Source of the DNA: Eledone cirrhosa
Lineage: Eukaryota
Assembly: GCA_964016885.1 (NCBI GenBank)
Contig: OZ024742.1
Span: 14,694,001 to 14,758,000, forward strand
Direction: 5' to 3'
Length of the DNA: 64,000 bases
Shown: positions 23,416-35,400 of the stretch, piece by piece
How the letters are laid out: each line of letters starts with the position of its first letter
Numbering within the stretch: position 1 is the first letter of the stretch
The notes under the pieces: generated by a model
What the model saw: only the letters and a program-made list of their open reading frames with translations
The model's database searches: none
Told to the model about the DNA's origin: nothing
Position numbers and translations under genes: made by a program

Positions 23416-25808
23416 TAATCATCATCATCATCATCACCTTTTTACGTCCGTTCTTCCATGCTAGCATGGGTTAGACGGGTTGTCCTGTTGTGGGCAGTGT
23501 CTGGTCGGCTGATCATGCCTTGCTCATACAGGAACTGATTTGGCTTGATTTCTACAGCTGGATGCCCTTCCTAACACCAACTTTATTTACAGTGAGTGCT
23601 GGGTGCTTTTTTTCCGTGGCGCCTCCACGTCCACTTTACAGTGTGGGCTGGGTGCTTTTTTGCCGTGGCACCACCTCAACCACTTTGCAGTGGGAGGGTG
23701 TGGGGGCATATTGTCTATATGCTTCAGCTTGTACCCATGGGAGGTCGGGTACTCTGTATTACTGCGTGACTCCAGAGGTCACGGTCGTGTGTCATCGCCT
23801 TTGAGAGGTGTAATTGTGTAAGGTCGGCTTTTATCACCTCATCCCAGGTCTTCTTGGGTCTCCCCACTCCGCGGTTTCCATTGACTTCTAGTGCTCTGCA
23901 CCTTTTTATGCAGCTGTCATCCTTCATACGCATCACATGTCCATACCAACGCAACCGCCTCTCCTGCACACAGCATTTGATTCCTCTTATGCTCAGTCTC
24001 TCTCTCAATTCATTTATGCTTTGCCGTTCGCGTATATTACTATTACACATCCATCGGAGCATGCAGGCTTCGTTTCTCTCTAATCTACGTAAGTGTTCCA
24101 CCTTTAGTGCCCAGGTCTCACTACCATGTAACATTGCTGTTCGGATACACGCATCATACAGTCTGCCTTTCATTTTGAGGGAGAAGCCTTTTGCAGCTAG
24201 CAGTGGCAGTAGTTCCCTGAACTTCTTCCATTCCGTTCTTACCCTAGTTATTGTACTTTCTGAACACCCACCTCCGCTGCTAATTCGGTCACCTAGGTAG
24301 CAGAAGCTGTCTACTGTTTCTACAGAGCCCTCCCAGAGATTGGTGGTACTTGTTTCCTGTGGCTGTTTGCTGCTTGCTGTCCCAGCACAGCTGCTACATG
24401 TGAAGCCTACATTCTTAATTAAGCTTCCTGAGATCCCGCTACATCTCTTGTGTACCCATTGTTTGTATTTGGGGCAGAGAATGGAGTTCCTACCTACCCC
24501 TTTCCTACATACTGAGCAATGCCATTTCCCTGAGGGGATCTAGGTTCTGTTTTCTCCTCTACTTACAAGGACCTTAGTCTTTGTCATGTTGACTTTGAGA
24601 CCCTTTCTTTCTAGTCCAAGTTTGGAATTTCTTCTCTAGTTCTACCATAGATTCAGTTATAAGTGCGAGGTCATCTGCATACAGGAGTTGCCATGGGCAT
24701 ACGGTCTTAAACTCCTCCGTTATTGACTGCAGGACTATGATGAACAGGAGAGGGCTAAGAACAGAGCCCTGGTGGACACCAACCTGTACGCTAAATTCCT
24801 CGCTATACTCATTGCTAATCCTAACTTTGCTGACTGCTCCCCTATACATGGCTTGTACAGCTTTCACAAGCCATTCATCTACTCCTAGTTTTCTAAAAAC
24901 CCACCAGATTATAGCACGTGGAACTCTGTCAAAGGCTTTCTCGAGATCGACGATTGCCAGGTAGAGTGGCTTACTTTTAGCTAGTTACTTTTCCTGTAAC
25001 TGCCTCACAAGGAAGAGGGCATCAGTGGTGCCTCTTCCTGGTACAAACTCAAATTGCATCTCATCTAGTTTCACTCAGTCCCTAATCAACTGTGCTATAA
25101 CTCTTTCTGTTACTTTCATGACCTGGTCCATCAGCTTTATACCTCTATAGTTTCCTCTATCTAGTGCATCACCTTTACCTTTGTAGCAGTTGACAATGAT
25201 GCTACTGCACCAATCTTTTGGTATGACACCTTCTAGTATTACCTGGTTAACAATACGTGTGGTTATAGTGTGACCTACAGAGCCAGATGCCTTCAGCATC
25301 TCGGCAGCTATACCCGATGGACCGGTTGCCTTCCCCAGCTTCATATCTTTGATTGCCTTACTTACTACGCTGCTGCTGACTTGTACTGCTGGCCCCTCTA
25401 TAGGGTCTACTTGGGGTAGGGTCTCTTCTTCCCATGCATTCTCCTCATTTAGTAATCTATCATAATGACTCTTCCATGCATCTTTCTTCTCAGCACTTGT
25501 GAGGGCAAGCTCACCTTTATCATTCCGGATACACTTCTCTCCAATGACATCACAATTCTCACTGACACACTGCCTCGCAATCTTGAACACCTCCTGTTTC
25601 TGGTCCTCACGTTGCAAAACATGCTTGAATTTTCTATCCTCTGCTTCCCTCCTAGCTAAGTATACTTGTCGCCTAGCTTCCCTCTTCGTCTCTATGTAAT
25701 GTACCCTGCTTCCCTCGTTCTTCCATTCTTTCCATGCATGTCTCTTGGCCTTAACTGCCTCATCTACCTTAGTGTTCCACCACCAAGTCACTCTCCTCCT
25801 GCTTGTGG
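23416..25808 (-). mobile_element. 5'-truncated RTE-clade LINE (about 2.4 kb) with (ATG)n tail, inserted in an R4 3' fragment; also 56660-59052
   Basis: KGKGDALDRGNYRGI, VDLEKAFDRVP, HQGSVLSP, YADDL, Cys-rich finger after RT, RRLRWYGH; flanks rejoin to cattaatggattgtacttg as at 20471. Confidence 0.92.
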
Positions 25809-25954
25809 TCTTGTACTTGTAATTTCCTAACTAGCTGTGTTCTTTCTGTTTCTGTGAAGCCCAGCTTCCACCACTGTTTCTGTGAAGCCCAGCTTCTCAA
25901 GATTGTATGTATGTATGCATGTATGTATGTATTTATGTATGTATTGATGTATGT

Positions 25955-27960
25955 CAGGTCACCAGTTGGTGCTACTGGTAACATGTATCCCAGTACAACC
26001 TGTCCCATAGTCGGGTCGTTGGCGACTAAACTGGCAACCCCACCAAGGTTTCTTGGTGAGGAGGGTGACTTTGGACATCCTGCAGGACTAAAAACAAAAC
26101 CTGTCAAAGGGTAAAGGAGCTCTTAAGAGTCAATGGCCATCCAAAATCACCGGGAGAGATGACCCCTTAGCCTTTGTCAATGCAGAATTCTAGGAGAAGG
26201 AAAACTCTGATATAATACCTGCAACCCTGATGGTATCCAATGATGTTGACTTGTTCTTCTTTTTGGTAAATATCATCTTTGTTAAGAGAGTGGAACTGGC
26301 TTTGTGCAGTGCCTTTGCTCACTATAAAAGCTTCACGGCACAGGCATTGCTTTCTATCTGGAGATCTTTCTGCACTTGGTACCATGGGCCCAGCACTATG
26401 TGTCAGTAATTGTCACAAGTGTAGTGTTTGTACCAGAATTTTCAAGTCGCTGGCTGGACTAAAAAGTTACACTCGTTCAGCGCTTCGGTAGGGGTTCTCC
26501 TACATGGATATAAAGTAGTGGCCGTACTCGAGAACGAGTTGGCAGCCAACATGTATGTATGTATGTATGTATGTATGTTATGTCAGGTCACTCTTGAGTG
26601 CTACTGGTAACATGTAACCCAGTACAATCTGTCACATGGTCGGGTCGTCGGCAACTAAACCGGCAACCCCACCAAGTTTACTTGGTGAGGAGGGTGATTT
26701 TGGACACCCTGCAGTACAAAAAACAAAACCTGACAAAGGGCGGAAGAACTCATAAGAGTCAACGGCCATCCGAAAGTGTGTAAATATGTATATACACATG
26801 TACCGCGCGGTTAAACCACTGGGAGTGAAGGACCCCTAGCCTTTGTCAGGGCATTCTTCTAGGAGAAGGCAACTCAGGAAACTGGGATAACTCCGATATA
26901 AAACCTGCGGCTCAGTAGTTACCGATGATGTTGATCTTTTATTCTTTTCGGGTTATAGCTACTGTCGCTCAGAGAGTGGGATTGGCTCATTGCACAGTCT
27001 TTCTTCACTTTAAAAAATATCTTCACGCACAGGCATTGCACGATAGAATTAATTAATAATGGTATATCATGCAATGGCCATACTCGAATACGAGGAGGCA
27101 GCCATTTTAGATCATTGGCTGGCAAGACATTTTAGATCATTGGCTGGCGAAAAAGCCACATTCGATTGCAGCACCGTTAATTGTTATTGTGTTTATGTGT
27201 GTGTGTTTGTGTGTGTATGTGTATATGTATATATAGATATGTATATGTGTGTGTGTATATATATATATATTTTTTTTTATTATTATTATTATTATTATTG
27301 TCGTTATGTTTTTTTTTTTCGTTTTTTTTTTCGTGCAATGGCTATACTCGATAACGAGGGGGAAGCCATCATGTATGATGTATGTATGTATGATGTATGT
27401 ATGTATACATGTATGTATGATGTATGTATGTATGATGTATGTATGTATACATGTATGTATGATGTATGTATGATGTATGTATACATGTATGTATGATGTA
27501 TGTATGTATATGTATGTATATATGTATGTATCTCTAGGAGAGATGACCCCTTAGCCTTTGTCAAGGCAGAATTCTAGGAGAAGGAAAACTCTGATATAGC
27601 ACCTGCAACCCTGATGGTATCCAATGATGTTGACTTGTTCTTCTTTTTGGTAAATATCATCTTGGTTAAGAGAGTGGGACTGGCTTTGTGCAGTGCCTTT
27701 GCTCACTATAAAAGCTTCACGGCACAGGCATTGCTTTGTATCTGGAGATCTCTCTGCACTTGTCGTCACATGGTACCATGGGCCCAACACTATGTGTCAA
27801 TAATTGTCACAAGTGTAGTGTTTGTACCAGAGTTTTCAAGTCGCTGGCTGGACTAAAAAGTCACACTCGTTCAGCGCCAATGTAGGGTTTCTCCTACATG
27901 GATATAAAGTAGTGGCCGTACTCGAAAACGAGTTGGCAGCCACCATATATGTATGTATAT
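25955..27960 (+). mobile_element. Cluster of three (TATG)n-tailed SINE-like elements; also about 59199-61208
   Basis: Mutually homologous blocks at about 25955-26575, 26585-27105 and 27535-27960, separated by (TATG)n; 3' ends gccg/atactcga.aacgag. Confidence 0.7.
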
Positions 27961-28440
27961 ATGCATATATGTATGTATATATGCATGTATGCAATGGAGG
28001 TAGATGACATACCCATTTAATCATGCCTGGTTTTATATTCTGTAAGAGCAAGGACTGAGCAACTGGCAAAATTGTGCTCAATGCTCTCAAATTTGTCATC
28101 AAAGTCTGCACTGTGTGTCTCCCCCATTGTACAAGACATTAGCTTGAGAGTTTCAAGTGAGGGGACTCTAATGTTGAACCATTTGGACATATCCTTCTGT
28201 TTCAGCTTCCAAACCAGTGTTATACAGCCACTGATGGCTTCTTATCATATCTATCATACATCAGCTGCCCCAGAACCATTGTTTTAGAGATCTCTACAAT
28301 GACAGGATCCTATGGAAACCTCAGCCATTACAACCATGACCATCCCTTTGTTTTAGAGATCTCTACAACCACAGAATCCTAAGGAGACCTCATTATGTTT
28401 GTTACTACAATATATTTAGAATATCAACATGTGTATATTG

Positions 28441-28966
28441 GGGAAATATGAAATTTGAAATATGTATGTCCCATCTAAAATGACCATAATAATAGTTACT
28501 TATTATTACTTACTATAATAGTTGAGAATATCAGGTAAAGTACCGCTAGAGAGGATAAAAAAAGGACAGTGTCACCTCCAAGGAAACAAATGTCACATGA
28601 AGGTCACTTTACCCAATATTCTAAACTATTATAGTCCATCTCGAGACTGGAGACTCATCAGGCCGGTACTTATCCCAGTTTCTGTGACATGAAGCAACTG
28701 AGAGTACAACATTCCCCTGGACAGGATACTAGACCATCACAGGGTTAAACTCCCAGTACTCATTTTCAGCTGAGTGTACTGGAGCTACGTGAAATGAAGT
28801 GTTTTACTCAAGAACACAACACACAACCCAGGAATTGAACCCACAACATTATAATTGTAAGTCCAACACCCTTACCACAAGGCTATGTGCCTCCACTATT
28901 CATTTATAATGATTAACTATTATTATGGTCATTTTTGTTGGGACACATATATTTATATTGTTTCCC
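28441..28966. mobile_element. Nested MITE-like inverted repeats (outer arms 28441-28498/28914-28966, inner 28513-28634) enclosing a minus-strand SINE (28635-28895); also 61689-62214
   Basis: tgtcccatctaaaatgaccataataatagtta / taactattattatggtcatttttgttgggaca; ctataatagttgagaatat / atattctaaactattatag. Confidence 0.75.
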
Positions 28967-29002
28967 TTAATCTTTATTGATAATGTTTTTATTTCTGTTT
29001 AG

Positions 29003-29198
29003 ATACAACCATCAAAAAAGTAATCATGTGGTATATTTTATTGTCAATGTTGTTGTTGGCTGGCTCAGTGGAACTTGGCTCAGTACCAGAGAAAAGATGT
29101 TCGCTTGATTTGGGAGCATGTAAAACTGACATTACTTGCCTTAATGATTGGTTTTATTGTAAATGCAGCCCATTTTCTAAGCCAGAAGGATTTTGTTT
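29003..29198 (+). CDS. Exon 2 of the secreted Cys-rich peptide gene (ATG 29026): signal peptide, KR, first 6 Cys
   Basis: Acceptor tttttatttctgtttag; hydrophobic MWYILLSMLLLAGSVELG; KR-C..GAC..C..CKC..GFC; donor TT/gtacgt (phase 2). Confidence 0.85.
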
Positions 29199-29329
29199 GT
29201 ACGTATTCCTATATGAGACATTCTAAGTGAGACCTTTTTCAAAATAACAGAGGGTATATAGCTACAGAGACACTCTATCTCTCAAACACACACACACACA
29301 CACACACAGAAACACATAAACACATACAA

Positions 29330-29868
29330 CTTACCCAATAAAACGACCAACTATTGAAGTTGACAGTTAAAAGGTGAAAGAAGCAATCAAAAAGATGAAG
29401 AATGGTAAAGCTATGAGATCGTCAGAGATAGTTGCTGAGATGCTAAAAACATCAATCAGGTGATACAGGACAGAGTCATACCCAATGACTGGTACAGCAA
29501 TACAAACTAGTAACCCTACATAGTCAATCAGGTGATACAGGACAGAGTCATACCCAATGACTGGTACAGCAGTACAAACTAGTAACCCTACATGTCAATC
29601 AGGTAATACAGGACAGTCATACGCAATAACTGGTACAGCAGTACAATCATAAATTGCTACAAGGGTAATGCTCTAGACAGGAGCAACTATAGAGGAATAA
29701 AACTATTGGACCAAGTTATGGAGGTGACAGAAAGAGTTATAGTGCAACTAATTAGAGACTAAGTTAAATTAGGTAGAACTTGGTTTCATGCTGGGAAAAG
29801 TACTACAGACACCTTTTTAATGAGGCAACTAGAACTACAAGAGAAGTTCCTAGCCAAGAATAAACCGC
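29330..29868 (+). mobile_element. Degraded RTE fragment with about 72-bp tandem repeats (29452-29650); also about 62578-63116
   Basis: IVAEMLK, IPNDWYSS, NYRGIKLLDQVM; repeated tcaatcaggtgatacaggacagagtcatacccaatgactggtacagc. Confidence 0.8.
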
Positions 29869-30322
29869 TGTAACAAGCTACTTGCCTTTGGCGTATTTAT
29901 AAAATATTTGTGTGTAATTTGGCTAAGTCAGGCCAATTGTGAGCCGCGCACGAATATATATTATCAACTTCCGCCCAAACAAAGATTTTCCCACTTCTTT
30001 CGTATATATTCTCTCTTGCTGCTTGGACTTTGAAAGGAAAGGACATTATTATGTAACGGTGAGATTTTCACTTTGGCCTGTCGGCCTCCTTGGGGCTGGC
30101 ACATACCACATTCACTTCTTAACTCTAAATTGTTTGTTCCTTTGTTTGACATGACAACTCAACTTAACTCTTTGTAATTAGTTGTGAAAATGTTAACGAA
30201 GACTTTACGACCAATTCCACAAACATTCGCTTCTCTCACACTTAACAAACCGTTACCTTAAAACAAAACCACCCACTGCTATACTTTAGCCTAACAAAAA
30301 CCATACCTTTGCTGCTATGACA
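29869..30322 (+). mobile_element. Probable solo LTR related to the 15200-18040 LTRs; also about 63117-63570
   Basis: gtaacggtgagattttcactttggcctgtcggcctccttggggctggc matches the reverse complement of 15420-15475; starts TGTAAC. Confidence 0.65.
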
Positions 30323-30330
30323 AAAATACA

Positions 30331-30388
<58 letters not shown>

Positions 30389-31570
30389 TGCATTTATCTT
30401 GCTTTATGTTTATACGAGTTATCACCAAGTCACAACCAGTGACCTCAAGAGACAACAAGGTCCGCCATGTTCAAGAAAGAACATACATATTCACACATGC
30501 ATCCTTAGTGTTTAGACTTGTGATGTACTTATATTGACAGGATCTTCCTTAGTATATGGGCAGTTCCCATTAGTACTATCTTTTGTATTTCTCCTATACG
30601 CGGGTTTCCTGGGATTTGCGATAAGTAGTCGTTAGACCCCTTAGGTATCATTCCCAGAGCGCCTACAACCACTGGTATTGTTTTAGTTCTCAATTTCCAC
30701 ATTTTTCCAATTTCTATCTCCAGGTCCTTATACTTGCTCAATTTTTCAAATGTTTTTATAGATACATTCTTGTCTATTGGAATAGACATATCAATTAGCA
30801 GGCATACCCTCCTTTGAAAGTCCTTCAATATTATATCAGGTCTATTTGCATCTATTTTTCGGTCTGTTTGGATGCTAAAGTTCCACAAGATTGAGATGTG
30901 ATCTTTTTCAAGTATGGGAGGTGGTTGATGCTCCCACCAATTCTTTTGATGGGGCAGGTCAAAATGCTTACACATTATCCAATGTATGTATTGTGCAGCT
31001 CTGTCATGCCTGTTTAGGTATTCGGTTGGAGCTATAGGACTGCACATTGAAATTATATGGTCAATGGTCTCTGGTTGTTTTTTGCATACACGGCATAATG
31101 GGCTGCACCCATTTTTTATTATGTTGGCTTGGTAATTTTTTGTTGGCAGATACTGATCTTGTGCGGATATAATCAGTCCTTCAGTCTCCGATTTCAGTCC
31201 AGAGGATGCCAACCACTGATGGGTTAAAGTTTTGTCAACATCAGGATTGTTAGCTCGCTCTGGGTATTTTCCATACAGAGGCTTTTCTTGCCATTTCTTA
31301 GCCAGTTTCTGTAGCAGTTCTTTCTTTGCAGTTACTTTTACCTGCTTTGCTTTTTCTGTGTTTTCCATTTCAGCAGTAAATGGGACTTCTGAAATTTGTA
31401 GTCCATTACTGTATCTTTGTGCATCTTTTGTAATGGAATATGATCTTTTGGTGCTTTCGTGTTTCAAAACGAGTTTGATCATCCAATCATGTGATTCCCT
31501 TAGATATGTGGATAATCCAATTGTTGCAGTTTTCAACGCAATGTCTAACTGGATTAACCCACGTCCTCCT
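30389..31570 (-). mobile_element. 5'-truncated Dong/R4-clade RLE retrotransposon in (TAA)n, absent from the next unit
   Basis: Uninterrupted 335-aa ORF 30529-31536 with CRVC..HIISMC, RHD, RPDI..ID..KY; (TAA)n on both sides; absent at 63580-63663. Confidence 0.92.
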
Positions 31571-31624
31571 TATTATTATTATTATTATTATTATTAATAT
31601 TATTATTATTATTATTATTATTGT

Positions 31625-31812
31625 TGTTCTTTGAGTCTCAGTCATTGATGTTATTTAACTGGAAAGTTTGTTGAAATGAATATCAAGCCGCTAACTGCAG
31701 CCTCAGACATTCAGGACATATCGGAGGGTTCTTGCTGTTCCCAGCAAGCATGCCTTTTGAAGTGTTCCAAAAAGCGGGGCTGGGCTAATCTTCTTTAACC
31801 ATCCTTGGAAAC

Positions 31813-31815
<3 letters not shown>
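31625..31815 (-). mobile_element. Short RLE non-LTR 3' end; also about 63665-63857
   Basis: LQKACLLGTARTLRYVLN C-terminus between (TAA)n tracts. Confidence 0.7.
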
Positions 31816-31857
<42 letters not shown>

Positions 31858-32448
31858 GAATGCCATGGTTGACGGAGGCTCGGCTCTGTAAGGTATTGTA
31901 AATTTTGACCGCTATAACAATTATAAATTGTTTAAAACTTTAACCAAATTGTAGACAAAAACACCCTCCTCCTCGTGAGAGGGGTCTTTCTGCCCGTTAT
32001 TTGGCCCTTCGGGGTTAAATAACCGCTTATTGGGGTTTTGTGCCCAATATTTATTTTAAACAAAAAAAAAAAACATGGCCACGAAAAAGAATTTTCATAG
32101 GTCACTCCCACTCATTCCGTCTTCTTCTTCCTCAATCGTCACTACAGCAGAGAGAAGATTGTCTCTCTCCCTCCCTTCTCTAAATGTGTCTCTCTCCCTC
32201 CCTTCTCTTTCGCAAGCGACGCCAGTCAAGAAAAATCACGTGAAAATCATGGAACATTTCTCCACGACGACGACAATGACGAAAAAGGTGTACGGTAAAT
32301 ACGAAAACCCATTTCATTCGTCTGACGTCATGAATAATAGCAGTAGCAGCCGTAATAACAGCAGCAGCAGCAACAGTGACAAGGAAAACAACAGTAGCAG
32401 CCGAAACAGCATCAGCAGCAGCATAAACAACAACAGCATTAGCAGCAA

Positions 32449-32483
<35 letters not shown>

Positions 32484-35400
32484 ACCACAGCAACATCGGC
32501 GGCGGTAGTAGTCGTAGTACCTGCAGCAAAAACAAAACTAACAGTAGCTCTGACGACAACAACAACAACAACAGCAGCAAAGAAAAACCAATCTCGTTTG
32601 CAGGTATCGCAAAGAACCTGGAAACCATCCTCATAACAAATGAGGAATTACAGGAAGCGAAGAAGATGGTGACGAAAGCCGGACACCGAGCAATCTGCAA
32701 GGCAGCCGAAAATTTTTTCGAAACCCAACAGCACTGTACGGTCACGTACCGTACAGTAAGCACAAAATCCCGTAGGGTTGAAAGAGCCACAGAGGCTCAA
32801 ATACAAAAAGCCTTAGGATCTGTGTGGCAGCGGAAAACGCATATCACCCAAGGCAAGAAATATGCCACCGTAGACGTGCTTTTTGCCACACCCCAGGAGG
32901 CAAAGGCTCAATCCTTAGTGACCATAAGGAGCGAGGAAATGGTGTTGGTGCCCTCCTACTGCGGGCAAAAAATTGTGTGGGTCAAACTGAATCACGCCCC
33001 CCCCCCCCCGGGATGGCCCCTTCTTGGCTGGCCGCGTCTGTCCTCGTCGGAATCGAGAACAAAACAACTGTACTGCAAGTACAGAAAAAAGTAAAAGAAG
33101 ATTGGGTCGGCACCTCCATTGAGATGTTAATCCAAACCAACCAGGAGTGCATCGAAGCTATCCCGGATGTGATAGACTTCGATAACGGCACTCAACTGCC
33201 CATAAGTGTTGAGGGCAAACGCCCGAAATGCTTTCGCTGTGGATTGAAGACTCACCTCAGGGCCTTCTGCAACGAGAAGACCCTGAGAAAGGAGAAAACC
33301 CCACTCCTTCCGAAACCGGCTCCACGGCTACCAGCAACAGGACAAGCGGCAACCATGAACGATAGGTCCGTGGCACCCATACCCACGCCACGGAAATCAA
33401 GAACAGCAGCAGCAGTGGAAGTATTAACAACAACAACAGTAATACCAAATGCAGCTGCAACAGAGACTCCGCTGCAAACATCACCAACAACAACAAGTGA
33501 AAGAGTGGAGCTGGTACCCCTCCCCGACCTCACAGTATCAGACATGGAGTGTGAGGTGGGAGAGGGATGGCAAAAGGTCGAAAGAAGGCACAAACGCAGA
33601 AGCAGCGCATCGTCGCCTTCGAAAAGGGAGGAAAGAAATGAAAAAAGGGTAAAGGCTACTGCAAAGAGACTCACAGCAGCAGCACCCACACTAGCACCAC
33701 CATCACCACCGGCGACAACCCAACCGCCAACAACAACAACACCTTCAACACCACCACCACAAGCACCAACATCGCAAACACAACAAAACACACACACCCT
33801 GCAACAACGACAAGAAAATAGCAGAACCACACCCCACCCCCAGAAAAACAAATGCACGGCAATAAATACACACAACAATAAACTAATGACTTACATAATT
33901 GAACACAGACATTTCACAGCACGACTACATAATACCAGCACCAATCAAAACGCCAACGAACATAAGACTGGTAAAAATAGCACAGAAACAATACACAAAC
34001 ATTAAAACGAAATTCCCCAACGCAGTTGGTGATTTCAGAGACCTAGGAGGGACTCTCAACCGTAGAGTATATTCGGACATACTCATAGAAGAGCCGACGA
34101 CCAGCCGAAGGGACGATTCAACGGTCCCTTCACCAGACGATCAAGTGAAAAGGGATGGAGAAACCATCCTTCCTCTACGAAAAGTACGGTAAGTGGTCTT
34201 TCCCATCTTTTCCACTCCATTTTAAACATGACCTCACTCAGAATAGGCAGCATAAATGCGCGTGGCTTGGGGTCGTCATGGAAGCAGGGTCACCTGCTCA
34301 ACAACCTCAGGTCACTAAACATAGATGTAGTGGCCATCAGCGAGACCAGAATCTCCGAAGCACGGGCCTTCGGACCGATCCTCGGTGGCTACGATGTGTA
34401 CGCATCTCCCAGCCGTCCTGGATCGGGGGATGGAGTTGCTGTGCTTTTTCGGAGAGGTTTGGATCTCGCCATACGGGCCATCTTCCTGGACCCAGAGGGT
34501 AAGTTGGTGGTGCTGGACGTGACCAGCGGAGACAGGCAAGCTTTCAGGCTAGTGGCCGTCTATACCCCTACAGGAGCAGGGCGGCCTGATTTCTTCCGGC
34601 GTCTGGAGACCTTTCTTGGAACGTCCCGCTATTTAGTGTTAGTGGGCGACTGGAACGGGATCTTAGATGCACGCTGGGGCTGTGTGGGATTAGCGGTTAG
34701 GGGTGGAGGGTGCAAGAGCCTCACCAACCTGCTCAGGCGTTTTGAACTGTCTGACAGGTACCGATTGGATTTCCCGAATGTGCCAATGTGGACTTGGACA
34801 AATCGCATATGGTCATCCAGATCATATCTAGATAGAGTATTTTGTAAGGAAATAGATAGGTCTAGCATAGGCTGTCCACAATTCAAGATAGTCAGCTACA
34901 CGGACCACAAATTCGTGATCTGTGTGCTTGACTTAGATAGGCTTCATAGACGAGGACTCGGCTACTGGAAGCTAAACGCGTCCTTACCAGCGCGCAAGGC
35001 CTACAGAGACCGGATTAGCGAACTAGTTAAGCGGGCGTTGACGGGGGCCATCGTCAACAACAAGTGGTGGTTTGCTCTGAAAAGAGCGATTAGAATAGAA
35101 TCCATTAGGTTTAGTAAGGCTTTAGCAATAGAGAAAATAGAGCAGAGGGAGAACTAGTTAGAAAATTAGACGAGGCGCTTAGCAAAGGCATCGCGACCGA
35201 CGTACTTGCGGCGAAATTGGCCCTTGACCAATTCTTCAATGCAAAGCACGAAGGCTGCGTTGTCAGTGCTAGGGTGCGTGCTCAGACACGAGGGGACGAA
35301 AGCCGTTCAATGGGCCCGAGTGGCGGAGGCGCGTCGTGGCAACAAAGCCACGATCCGATCTTTGGTGGACCACGACGGGCGCATGCTACTCGATCCCGGG

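Noticed and set aside
28531-28540. CAG/GTAAAG donor as the end of exon 1
   Set aside because: It lies inside the arm of the inner inverted-repeat element; the TATA plus GTAAGT block at 19.8 kb is a better candidate.
29026-29226. 66-aa single-exon ORF as the complete gene
   Set aside because: A good donor at 29199 and downstream exons give an in-frame product ending in CC with a poly(A) signal. Kept only as a possible isoform.
32314-33878. Long hydrophobic minus-strand ORFs (32314-32790, 33252-33878)
   Set aside because: Antisense shadows of the low-complexity Tx1 ORF1.
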